Positions 36,494-48,861 of a stretch of 64,000 bases of DNA are shown piece after piece. The notes under the pieces are model-generated. The model saw only the letters and a list, made by a program, of their open reading frames with translations. It was not told where the DNA came from and did not search any database. The stretch is from Monocercomonoides exilis PA203 (taxonomy: Eukaryota; Protista; Preaxostyla): positions 310,001-374,000 of the forward strand of contig LSRY02000055.1 of the NCBI GenBank assembly GCA_001643675.2, read 5' to 3'. The translations under genes and the position numbers were made by a program. Position 1 is the first letter of the stretch. Each line of letters starts with the position of its first letter.

Positions 36494-37578
36494 ATGGAGA
36501 AATATTTATTTATTTTATTAAAATTTCTTTTTGCTCGTTAAACAAAAAGAAGTGACTTATTTATTTTGTAATAATCAATTTTGTATGAATTTTATTTTTT
36601 TCTCCTGCATATTTAACAGGAAAATAGTTTTTGTTTTCTGTTTTAGTGATTGTGATTGTGATTGTGATTCTATTTTTGTTTTTGGAATTCTTTCTTTTCT
36701 TGATTATGCTCCATTTCCACTTTTTTGTTTCGTGTTGAAATGCTTTGTGCAGCGGGGGGGGGGGGAAAAAAAGCAAAAATAAAAAGTAAAACAGAAAGAA
36801 AATGTGTTGAAGAGCTCTTATGGCATTCACCAGAATCAAACATTGAAGATCTAGATTGACTTGCTCCAGTGATTTCTTTTCAGTGTCCATTTGTTGAACA
36901 CAGAAAATGGTGATGGCTCTTTGTGTGTGAAAACCTGTGGAGCATGAGATGGCAAAGCTCCCAGCTGTGAAAAGACAAAGCTCATTCAAATTCGAATGGA
37001 GAATGAAAAACGCATCAGCGTTGGCAAAATGGTTTCCAATGTGAAAATGAAGTTTTTGTCTTTGACAACAAAATGGAAAACAATGAACAAACACATGCAA
37101 CTTCTAATTAGAGTATATTTTCATTGAGTCCTCAAATATCACTTTGACATTTTTTTTTTTTGTTTGATTTTTTTTGAAACTTTGAAAATCTTTTTCTGTG
37201 GTCTTCAATTATTTGTGGTTTGAATCAAAAAAATAAATATTAACTTCTTCATGACAATTATTCACCACACTCTCACCTGTGATTTTTCGAAAAATTTATA
37301 AGTGTGAAAAGAAAATAGTAATAAGTTTTATAATAATTTTGGCTCAAGATCAAAGATTTACTTGTTTTCCCACTTATTTTTTATATCGGAGGTTTTGAGA
37401 TTCAACATAACAACGCATCGTTTCATTTTCATAAACTGGATTTGTTTCTTGACTTTTTTATTGTCATTTCATGATTTACGCAAAATATCTGGGAGATTCT
37501 TTTTGAAATCATAAACATGTATTAATTTTTGAAGAGTTTGGATCAAATCCTAATTTCGATGTCGCTGACGTTCTTTGT

Positions 37579-37685
37579 TTTATTTTATTTTATTTTATTT
37601 TATTTTATTTTATTTTATTTTATTTTATTTTATTTTATTTTATTTTATTTTATTTTATTTTATTTTATTTTATTTTATTTTATTT
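37579..37685. repeat. (TTTTA)n microsatellite; mirror (TAAAA)n at ~38677-38775 is slightly shorter
   Basis: Visible tandem pentamer; copy number differs between arms. Confidence 0.9.
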
Positions 37686-38054
37686 TTTTCAAATGAATGT
37701 CCATTGTGCTTTTATTTGTGAACAACAACCAAAAATTACATGCAATCATCACTTTGATATTCTTTTTTGAAATAACTCGCCCTTTCAAGTTTTTATCTTC
37801 ATTTTATTTTTCTTCATGAGAATATTGAAAATACTGCAAAAGAACATGACTTTTGTTTTGTGAAGAAAACACCAAAAATAGTTCACGATGACAATTAATT
37901 TATGCAGGTGAAATGATGATTTCTCATATTTTCTATGACAAAGAAAAGCAACATGTGAAGAAACACTTATTGTTATAAAAAGCTGACTGATCGAGAAATA
38001 TCATTCTCTCACATTTAATATGTTTGAAAATACTGGTTTTGATATTGATGTGCA

Positions 38055-38308
38055 AGGGCTATTCTTTTTGAAAAGTCGCAAATGCCCAATATTTGGGTTT
38101 GATTAAACTAAATAGGAAGTTTTATTCCCATGTTGCAATTTATCTTGTTTCATCCATGAATCAAACTTGAACAAAATACCCATTTGTTGAAATAATATTG
38201 TAAATATAATAGTGAGAAAACAACAATGTTCAAATGTGAATAGGAAAATTGTTCTGTTTTTCAAGCCCAAATATTGGGCATTTGCGACTTTTCAAAAAGA
38301 ATAGCCCT
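38055..38308. mobile_element. ~254-bp MITE forming the exact centre of palindrome P1
   Basis: Ends are AGGGCTATTCTTTTTGAAAAGTCGCAAATGCCCAAT and its reverse complement. Homologous to the free MITE at 20532-20790, including into the non-palindromic spacer (GATTAAACTAAATAGGAAG vs TATTAAATTGAAATATGAAAG). Confidence 0.8.
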
Positions 38309-39857
38309 TGCACATCAATATCAAAACCAGTATTTTCAAACATATTAAATGTGAGAGAATGATATTTCTCGATCAGTCAGCTTTTTATAACAATAAGTGT
38401 TTCTTCACATGTTGCTTTTCTTTGTCATAGAAAATATGAGAAATCATCATTTCACCTGCATAAATTAATTGTCATCGTGAACTATTTTTGGTGTTTTCTT
38501 CACAAAACAAAAGTCATGTTCTTTTGCAGTATTTTCAATATTCTCATGAAGAAAAATAAAATGAAGATAAAAACTTGAAAGGGCGAGTTATTTCAAAAAA
38601 GAATATCAAAGTGATGATTGCATGTAATTTTTGGTTGTTGTTCACAAATAAAAGCACAATGGACATTCATTTGAAAAAAATAAAATAAAATAAAATAAAA
38701 TAAAATAAAATAAAATAAAATAAAATAAAATAAAATAAAATAAAATAAAATAAAATAAAATAAAATAAAATAAAACAAAGAACGTCAGCGACATCGAAAT
38801 TAGGATTTGATCCAAACTCTTCAAAAATTAATACATGTTTATGATTTCAAAAAGAATCTCCCAGATATTTTGCGTAAATCATGAAATGACAATAAAAAAG
38901 TCAAGAAACAAATCCAGTTTATGAAAATGAAACGATGCGTTGTTATGTTGAATCTCAAAACCTCCGATATAAAAAATAAGTGGGAAAACAAGTAAATCTT
39001 TGATCTTGAGCCAAAATTATTATAAAACTTATTACTATTTTCTTTTCACACTTATAAATTTTTCGAAAAATCACAGGTGAGAGTGTGGTGAATAATTGTC
39101 ATGAAGAAGTTAATATTTATTTTTTTGATTCAAACCACAAATAATTGAAGACCACAGAAAAAGATTTTCAAAGTTTCAAAAAAAATCAAACAAAAAAAAA
39201 AATGTCAAAGTGATATTTGAGGACTCAATGAAAATATACTCTAATTAGAAGTTGCATGTGTTTGTTCATTGTTTTCCATTTTGTTGTCAAAGACAAAAAC
39301 TTCATTTTCACATTGGAAACCATTTTGCCAACGCTGATGCGTTTTTCATTCTCCATTCGAATTTGAATGAGCTTTGTCTTTTCACAGCTGGGAGCTTTGC
39401 CATCTCATGCTCCACAGGTTTTCACACACAAAGAGCCATCACCATTTTCTGTGTTCAACAAATGGACACTGAAAAGAAATCACTGGAGCAAGTCAATCTA
39501 GATCTTCAATGTTTGATTCTGGTGAATGCCATAAGAGCTCTTCAACACATTTTCTTTCTGTTTTACTTTTTATTTTTGCTTTTTTTCCCCCCCCCCCGCT
39601 GCACAAAGCATTTCAACACGAAACAAAAAAGTGGAAATGGAGCATAATCAAGAAAAGAAAGAATTCCAAAAACAAAAATAGAATCACAATCACAATCACA
39701 ATCACTAAAACAGAAAACAAAAACTATTTTCCTGTTAAATATGCAGGAGAAAAAAATAAAATTCATACAAAATTGATTATTACAAAATAAATAAGTCACT
39801 TCTTTTTGTTTAACGAGCAAAAAGAAATTTTAATAAAATAAATAAATATTTCTCCAT

Positions 39858-41786
39858 TTATAATTTGCCCAACTCGCTTCTTGACACAAGTGAAAGTGTT
39901 CCACTTCTATACGACACTACAACCACACTCGGTGAAGTTCCTTCTGTTGAGTTGCAATCAATTTTCAACTGATTCATTCTCAAATGACCTGTCGTCACGC
40001 TGAACAACGCTCCTGCAGCTGATGGTGATGAAAGTGCTCCTGTTCCAATCGAACTTGTTTCACTTCCCTTCCCAATGACCGAAATCTTCTTTTCTCCAAT
40101 CTCATTTGTTGTTGCCTCGCTTTGATGATCCCCGTCCATCAGCGTTATTGTCAAGCTTATCTGTATTTCGCACATCTCAAACGCCTTCTTCACTGTCAGA
40201 CACGGAAATGTTGTATTTGCCCCACACAACTCATATGAATCATTTCCATTCACCGAAACATATATCGTCTTATCCTTCAGCCAATCCTTCTTTTCCGTGT
40301 GCTGAAATGTCCAGGCACCTGCATTCGAGTAGTTGTAGGCATAGCACATCCTTCTGTCATCTGCATTCGTTGTGTAACATTCATAGAATGGATTTCCAGA
40401 ATCTAAGTACAAATTGTTATTATCGTAATATATTGCATCGTGTCCACGTGGATAAGTTGCATCCCTGCAACTGCATTCATGAAAAAATAAGAAGAAGCAA
40501 TATAATTTATTATCAGGTGCTGTTGCTCGATTTGGATGCAAACATAATCCCCCTCCCTCTCTAAATGCTGAACATGAGATAAACTGAACGCTCCTCATTT
40601 TGAATTGCGTGGCAGGAACAGTTTTACAAAACATACCTCCACCACCAGTATTTGTTATTGAGCATGAAGTGAAGCTGCAGTCAAACACACACGCACTCTC
40701 CCCTCCTCCACTTTCTGTTCCAATGCATCCAGATCCTGAAACCTGAAAATTATCAAGATAAAGCCCTCCTCCATAATAACTTGCTTTACAATTCTGGAAT
40801 TCACATCCGCTGATCCGAACACATGTTGAAATTCCATACACATACAATCCTCCTCCGTAATGGTTTTGTGCTGTACAGGCATTGAACACATTATTTTCGA
40901 TACGCACAGATTTGATTGTATGACACATAATCCCACCCCCACGGCTGTATGCAAAACAGTTATTAAACAGACAATGCGAAACTGTTAGTTCTCCAGAATT
41001 GAGATTGTACATGCAGATGGCCCCTCCACTCGATACCCCGTCCGTAACGGAATCGCTTTCTCCTGTTGTCCTCGAGCCACTCCATTCGCACCAAGTGAAT
41101 GTGTTTGCTCCATTGAATGTTTCATTCTGTCTGTCTGGCTTCAATTTTCTATCTGCATTTCCTTCGCAAACAACGTTTCTTGTCCGGCAGCATCCAATGA
41201 ATGATGTGTTTGAGGCTGTCAGAGAGGCATAGGGATTGTTCAGAGAAGGGACAATTCCTCCATCATATGCATCGCAAACCGATGAAAATGAGCAACTGAT
41301 CATCATACAAGTGGTTTTGGTTGACATTGCGGTCGAAGGTGAGCATGCATCATTTGCTGTTGAGATGTTGAAAAATGTCAAATGAGAGAGGGATATTAGG
41401 GGAATGGAAGGCGATGAGAGGAATGGGGCTGATGAGACACAAAAAGAAGAGAATCGTGATTCACTCACCGAAATACTCCCTTCAATGCCTTCTCCATCTC
41501 CATCTCCTTCTCTTCCTTTTCCTCTTCCTCCTTCTCCTCCTTTTTCTTTGCCTTCACTTCCACCCTTCTCCCCTCCATATCCCTTCCCTCCAAACAGCCT
41601 TCCAGAGTATATTTCTCCCCCTCTTCTCCACCCCTTCAATGTGATGTTTGTCAACACCCCAATGCTCCCACTCAGATCAAATGCCCCTCCCTCATTGTCC
41701 TTCCCCATCTCCACAACGCACCCTCTCACCACAACCACGCTCCCCTTCCTTCCACACACTAAACAACAATTATCATCATTCTCCAA
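39858..41786 (-). CDS. Beta-helix family copy C' (mirror of C)
   Basis: Translation identical to 34565-36493. Confidence 0.75.
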   Translation of the reverse strand: MENDDNCCLVCGRKGSVVVVRGCVVEMGKDNEGGAFDLSGSIGVLTNITLKGWRRGGEIYSGRLFGGKGYGGEKGGSEGKEKGGEGGRGKGREGDGDGEGIEGSISVSESRFSSFCVSSAPFLSSPSIPLISLSHLTFFNISTANDACSPSTAMSTKTTCMMISCSFSSVCDAYDGGIVPSLNNPYASLTASNTSFIGCCRTRNVVCEGNADRKLKPDRQNETFNGANTFTWCEWSGSRTTGESDSVTDGVSSGGAICMYNLNSGELTVSHCLFNNCFAYSRGGGIMCHTIKSVRIENNVFNACTAQNHYGGGLYVYGISTCVRISGCEFQNCKASYYGGGLYLDNFQVSGSGCIGTESGGGESACVFDCSFTSCSITNTGGGGMFCKTVPATQFKMRSVQFISCSAFREGGGLCLHPNRATAPDNKLYCFFLFFHECSCRDATYPRGHDAIYYDNNNLYLDSGNPFYECYTTNADDRRMCYAYNYSNAGAWTFQHTEKKDWLKDKTIYVSVNGNDSYELCGANTTFPCLTVKKAFEMCEIQISLTITLMDGDHQSEATTNEIGEKKISVIGKGSETSSIGTGALSSPSAAGALFSVTTGHLRMNQLKIDCNSTEGTSPSVVVVSYRSGTLSLVSRSELGKL

Positions 41787-44700
41787 TGATATTTGGTTTA
41801 ACTCAACTTATGACTTCCACTTCCCCTCAAAAATTATTCATCATCTTCCCTTTTTCCCACTCTTCTTCAAATGTTCCTCAAAACATTCTCTCTTCAAATT
41901 CCTTTTTCCTCGTTTTCCTCTCTATTCATTCCTTTTCAATCAATTTTCTAATTCATACCTTCGTTTTTTCAAATTCTTGTCAGACTCCTTCTTCAGCCAT
42001 TTCTTCAATTTTCCTCTCTCTCTTCTGTCTCATCATCCCCTTCTTTTCAATCCGCCTCATTAATCCTTCAAATATCCCCAATCATATTCATTTCACTTCT
42101 CACTTCTGTCATCGTTTCACACTCATCTCCTGATCTGTCTTTTCCCAACTCCATGTGCTGGCATGGGTGCTGAATGTTCCCTCAAAAATTCAAATCTCCC
42201 AAAACCAAATCATATAAATCAATAAATATTTCTCACATACACACCAAAAAAATAAAATAAAATAAAAAAATAAAATAAAATAAAATAAAATAAAATAAAA
42301 TAAAATAAAATAAAATAAAATGATTGCAATGGATCAAACGAGAAAACTCAAATCCTCTGTTCATAAATTCATCGGATGCAACGCTCATGCGTCTTTCTCT
42401 TCCTTCTCGCACTTTCCTCGCTCCTCACACGAAATTTCATTTTCTGTCTTTGGCTTCCTCTTCTTTCCCCACATCTCCACTCAACATTAACAATTTTCTC
42501 AAAATCTTCTTTCCCATTTCTTCCTCTTTCCCTCAAAATGTTCTTCCTCCTCCTCCTCCTCTCTTCTTCTCTTCTTCTTTCATTTTCTTCCTCTGCTTGC
42601 AACACTAAACAGCAAGTGTCATCTGAATCTGATCATTCGACCTTCCCACAGCAAAAGACTGCTCCACTCTCCTGATGCTTCAGAAACCACACTCGTCATG
42701 GCACTCCATCCAGATCGCTCCTCCCTCAGAAATATCGATCATTGCCAAAACGAGCATAGACATATAAATAATTTGCTTGTTGCAACCAGGAATGGATTCT
42801 TCAGTTTGAATTCTTCAGAAAGAATAATTCGAACAAGAATGTGGATAACATTGGAAGGAAAGAAGTTTTCATTCAAATGCTTGCTTGGTGAAACAAAGAA
42901 GAATCAAACTGTGCTTTGCTTGGTAGATCACCAGGAAAAATCATTATCTTTGTCATCCCCCCCTCTTCTTTTCTTTTCTTCTCTTCAATTCCCTCCCAAA
43001 TCGATTCCACCATGCAGCACATCCTCCATCGAAACAATGAAAAAGATTCTCACAAAATAACATCACCTGCCAAAATATCAAATGGACTCTTTCTTCCTCT
43101 TTTTCTTCTTTGCCAATCTTGGCTGCCGAACAAGAAATACCCACAATCAGAAACAAAAACAAGAATAAAGACCAGGAAGAGAAATGGATAGGGAGGAGAT
43201 GCTCTTTCAATCAAGGAGCATTGGGATTCAGTTGTTATTCGCCTGAAGAGGTTTTCTTCCCGAAGGCACTCGCCATATTTGTTGGCTTCATCTGGAAAGC
43301 AATGGATGAAGAACAAGGAAACATGAGCGTAAAAAAGATGATCACAACAGAAAAGGCGAAAAAGTTGATATATGCGAAGAAGGCGAATAATAATATATGC
43401 CAAAATAACAAAGGCATATGTGCCATTTGAAAGAGGAAGAACGCGATTTTCGAAGAGAGACATCTTCGAAAATCTGTCTCGGGTAGATCAAGAATCAGGC
43501 AAAGGAGCCAAGTGCTTCAAGAGTGCCCGTGCTTCTCTCTTGAAGTGCAGCTGCAAACAGCATCTGCCCACAGAACTCTCAACGCAAAAGCACGCTTCGA
43601 AAATGGAGAAGCAGAATATGCTGGAAGTTGTTTGAAGGTCGGCTCTCGGATTATCTGACAATCACGCATGACAAGACCTGCGAAAAGCTATGTGAGCGGT
43701 CGTGTGAAACAAGGAATACAGAGATGGCAAGCATGAGGGATGGATGATTAAGCAATTTTGGCGGCAGCATCCATTTTTGCCACATGAAGAGCACAATACA
43801 CAGCTGTCTCCAGAACATGCGTTGTCCAGAAGAATTCCCACAGTCTCTTTCAGAATAGAAAGCGTTCACAACTTGTGCAAACTGCAAACATCTCTCCTGA
43901 GACATGTATCCTCGTGTCGGACAATTTGCAAATGTTTCTTCATCCATCTCATCATAGTCATCCCAGTTCCTTCTTCCTTCTTCCTTCTTCCTTCTTCCTT
44001 CTTCCTTCTTCCTTCTTCCTTCTTCCTTCTTCCTTCTTCCTTCTTCCTTCTTCCTTCTTCCTTCATCCTTCATCTTTTTCTTTTCTTTTTTTCTTTTCAT
44101 CGGCGTCATCACTGTCATCTCAATTAGCTCCAAGCCCTGTCCACTTCAACTGATACGCGCACAGAAGACTGCAATAAAGATAGCATTCCCGCTCTTAACA
44201 GAAGAATTCCACCTTCTCCTCGACCCCACCAGAAGAGGAGATTCCCCCACCTTGCCATGCCGCACCCTCAATAAGATGGAAAGAAGGCACCCCAAACGCT
44301 AAATAGCCATGCCTCATTCTGCACTTTTCCCCTTCCTCCTTTTCTTTTATTCCTCAAATCCTTTATCTCTTCTCTCTCACCTCCCCCTCCATTCCCAACC
44401 TCTCTTTTCACAACGCCCTGCCACATCTTCCTGTCCTGCCTCTCCTTTCCCTGTTCCCATTCAACCAGCCCGCCACTCTGCCCAGCTTCTTCCGTTATGT
44501 GCACACACATATATCTTCATCTAAACATTCGCCTCGTTGTGCGTTCCTGGGCATGAAGCGCTACCCCCGATCAAGTGCCTCTTTTGCCGAGTGTGCATGC
44601 TTCGTCTGTGCACCCACACTCCGCCACCACACGCATTTTCTTGTGATTCGCCTGCGTTCGTATCCTCTGCACACACAACATTCTGAGATTAAGCCACATT

Positions 44701-46139
44701 TGATGCACGACAAAATGAAGCTGATGGAAGGGCACCTCCAGCTGCTCCGCTTGCCCAAAAGAATACTGCTCCCCAGATGATATTTGCAGGTCGTCCTGAA
44801 TAATGGATATCGAAGGCAAAGACGAAGATGAGGACAAATGAAGAGCAAGGCTGATGCTTGCAGTTGAAAAGTGGTTGCAGAGAAGCACAAACGGAAGGGC
44901 AGCCACCTCCAATGCAGTTCTGACACTCGGCTTGCCTGTCTGTTGCCTGGTTCCCATCGCTGGCCCTTCAAAACACCCGATGCTTCAAAAAGCTTCCAAG
45001 AAACAGAGCAAAAACGAAAGACCCTCAAACGAAAGAACATCCAAACTCTATCTTCCAGTCAATCTCTGCCAACTCCAAATCGAAGCAAAATAAACCACTT
45101 GTCAAAATCGGTGAACTTGTCGAATTTCTAATTCATTGAAGCCAAATGGAATAGATCCATTTGCATATCTGCCTTGTGCATTCAGAGAAACAGGAAAACC
45201 TTCTAAATAAAACTGATATTTTGGGGCTCTCCTTTTTTCCATTGAATTCTTGCCTGTTTTAAGTAATAAATGTCTTTCCCTCGATATTGCCAGCCACTTT
45301 CCTTGACAAAAAACTGCTCTCCCTGCATTTAATTCCACAATTCTACATAGTTTTGTGCAGGTTTTGTTCTTCACACAATTCCTTCTTTTCATCTTCATTC
45401 AATAAAACATCAGTCGAATTTGTTTTCATCTCTTGTTCAAATAAAAATCATGTATCTTCCGTAACTTCCTTTATTTCCCAATTTCTATATAGTAATCAGC
45501 TCCATTTACATCGCATTGCTCCACAAAGCGGAGATTGGCCATTTCAACAATAACTCACATTCCTGCACTTTGGAGAGGATACAGACGGAAATATCTTCAC
45601 AATCAATTGAACAATATAAATTACATACATTCTGTCTTTTTGTGTTATTGATGAAACTGTTGTGTTCCCCTTGGCCATCCAATCTCCAACAATCATCAGG
45701 CAGAATTTCAGAATTTTTGAATCTCCACCATTGTCTGTTGTCACACAGGAAATAATATTTCTAGCTCTACAGGTAATGCTCACTCACGGATTTCTCATTC
45801 TGTGAATGGAATATTCCAGTTCTTTCGAATCTGATGATCATTGAATCCATTATAAATAAAGACAAGAGAAAAAGTGTTGATTTGCTTGAAAATTTCTTTT
45901 CAAAAACATTAACATAAAAAGGATGGAGTGTGGGGTCCAATTTTTGTATTGACAAAGAGATTTTATTGCTGCTCATTATTGTTTCTATCTGGTTGTGTTT
46001 TGTTTTTCATGCAAATGTTCAAAATGAGAATTTTAGCTGGTTGCGCGATGGTTGTGGAAATGCAGGAGATGGCTGTCACCGAAAAGGACACTGGTTTGTT
46101 CACGTTGGATTTGTATTTGAGCATGTGATGAGTGGATTT

Positions 46140-47080
46140 ATTTCTTTGTTTTTTTTAATAAAGAAGAATTATTTTCTGAGCTGGAGCATTGCACCGAAAT
46201 TGTGCAGAAACAGAAAATTGTTACAATGGATGAAATGATCAGCGAAATGAATGGGGATATGTTTGAGTCCATTTTCACGACAGAACTGTTGGACAGATTG
46301 GACAGAATGATGAAAAAAGGGAGAATCGGAATGGAAAATGCGTGTGTTTGTTCCTGAAGCGAATGTCTTTCCTGGAAAAGTTCAAAGAGATAATGCTGTA
46401 TCATCAGGAACATTGCAATCTGACACGACTTGCCTGCCAATCTGCCTGAGGTTTTTTGATGAAAAGATTGAAATAAGAGGAAGGCTTGGAAGAAGTGATT
46501 GTGGATGAGATGCATTTTGCAAGAGCAGCAAGAGAATTGGAAGAGCTGACAAGATGTGTTGATTGGAAGAAGAAAGAAGAGGAAATGAACAAAGATGAAG
46601 GGAAAGAAGTGCATATTATCATGAGATTACTCTTCGTATTATTTGATTTCTTTCACTCATGCAGATCATGGAATGAAGAACTTGTCAAACTTATCCGCAG
46701 CATTGTTCAGGTTTTTCGTGCAACCAAGAAGAATTATGGAGAAATGAGCATTGAATGCATCAAATTAATAAGAAGTGCAGCAGAGAGCGTTAGTGTGAAA
46801 GTTGAAGACTTGTTGAAAGGGGGAGCTATTAATGCTGTTTTGGAGGAGATTGGGCGACCGACATTGAATTACAAGATGGCATATGAATGCCTGAAACTTT
46901 TCTGAAAGTTTTGAGGAGATTGAAAGGAAAGGGGGTGACGAAGAGGAAGAAGCGAAAAGAAAGAGGAAAAGGAAGATGTTTGAGAAGTTGGAAGAAGAAG
47001 GATACGAAGATGCCATCACTTGTTTTCACTAAAGACTTAACTTTTTTTGTCGACATTTCCTTTTTGAAGCATCGCCAATA
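46140..47080 (+). pseudogene. Decayed second copy of the acidic alpha-helical hypothetical family
   Basis: ORF 46486-46905 matches 11238-11963. The flanks are homologous but contain stops, frameshifts and an internal deletion. Confidence 0.7.
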
Positions 47081-48861
47081 ATTTCTGATTATTTTGTGCA
47101 ACTGTGAGACAAGATTTCGAAAGTGTTTGATGCATTGCTTCTTCGTTTCAGAAAAGAGGAAAGAGTTGGAGAATGGATTTGAAGCAAAGATTTGAAGAAT
47201 AAAGAAGGGAATAGAGCATGCTCTGAGCACAACAAAGACAAACAGCACATTCTTCATTCACATTTGTTGATTCTCTCTTCATCGATTATTTTCTACAGCA
47301 TCTTCATTTTCTTCTTCCTCATCCACCAATTCAACAATAATTGCCATTTCCATAAGATTCCTCTTTCTCTTCTTCTTCTTCAATTGGTATATTTTTTGCC
47401 TTCTCGCAGCAGCACAGCCAGAGTTGGGATCAGCTGTTTCCCAAATGTTGAAGTCTGAGGCAAGGCCGGAAATCCAATGTTTGTCCTTCTTGATATTTTT
47501 TCAACAATTAAATAATTTCTTTTTGTTGGAATCTTTTATCTTCTGCTCTTTTTGCGATGCTTGGAAAGAAGGGATGTTATTTTTTTTATTGTTTATCTTG
47601 TCTTTTCACTTGAGGTACGCGACTTGCTGCTCGGTGTTTGAGAGGCAGAGAATTGAGCAGAAACAGCAGAATGGAAGAACAGAGGAGATTCTCTCTGAAT
47701 CTGAATCTGAATGCGAGAATGGGGATGGGGATGGGGATGAGAAAGGCAGCAAACTTCATTTGCGTCATGAAATGCATGGGTTTTTATTCGCCTTTTGGGG
47801 AACAGTTAAATGGAAATGCTGTGCTTGTTTTTTTGTTTCGGCTGTTCTGGCAAGGGAAGAGGCAAAGAAGGAAGGATTGGACAGAAAGAAAGGACTGGCA
47901 GATGGGCTAATGGTCAATAAGTGTTTTTTTGAAGGTCTGATTCCAAATGCACGGAACGGAGAAATACAGTCATGGAGCATGTTTTCAATTCTGGGATGTG
48001 CTTCGATTTTTGGCAAGGCTAAGGCAAGAGAAAAAGAACCTTTGAACTTGTTTGATTTATCAATCAACGCTCATGAGTTTTGAAGGCAGAAGTGTTTTTC
48101 AAAAAATTTCAATCAGATGAATGTTTGGCAAAAGAAGAATAAGGAGGAGAAGATTGAATTGGAACATCGAAAATGACATTGCCATATTTAAGGTTTATTA
48201 TCAATGTGCGTAATTACTTTCTTTTTTCAATTCCGATTTTTCAAAAACAAAAAGTGTTTAATTTTCTTTCAGATATTTTAATTTTTGCGGGGATGCTTAA
48301 CGCCAGCACACAAACACGGAATGCTGAAAGATTGCCGAAGGCAAACGAAGAGACGTATTGATAAATGAGCTGGATGAAATCAATGAAATGAATGTGAGAG
48401 GAGGGATTTGAAGACTTGTGCAGCGATTTGAAAAAGAAGAAGGCGAATCAACAGAAAAGAATAATCGGAAAATTGAGGAAATGGCTGAAGAAGAAATATG
48501 ACAAAAATTCGAGAAGAATACGAAAAACTGGAATAAGGGATTGGCGAATCAGAAGATTTCGAAAAGAAAATGGTACTGATTTGTTACATTTCATATTGGA
48601 TGTTTTTATATTTTTTTAATATTTTTTCTTTATGTTTTTATGATAATAGGGGTTTTTGCATGTGCATTCAAAAGCGATGAAAGAAAATGGATTTTAGGAA
48701 AAAAAGCAGAAGATTGCAACAGAAGAAAAAGGGATTTGGGGAAAGCAGACGATAAAGAAAGAGCAAAATGCAGGAAAAGGGATTCAATCATATTGAGATA
48801 TTTTTTGGCATGGTGCTAAGAGGCAAGGGAAAGAGAAGGATGCACAGAAGGAAGTGTTTCA

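Larger units (their letters stand above)
30508..45847. repeat. Giant palindrome P1: ~7.6-kb arms, ~168-bp spacer (38098-38265)
   Basis: ORFs are mirrored (34565+41786 = 36493+39858 = 76351). Differences seen are homopolymer or microsatellite lengths and one substitution (~31989). The outermost ~70 bp are more diverged. Confidence 0.95.

Noticed and set aside
30508-45847. P1 as a single large TIR element (Polinton/Maverick or Foldback) or a viral genome end
   Set aside because: No polymerase, integrase, capsid or transposase is recognisable in the arms, no TSD is evident, and the three palindromes have different arm content.
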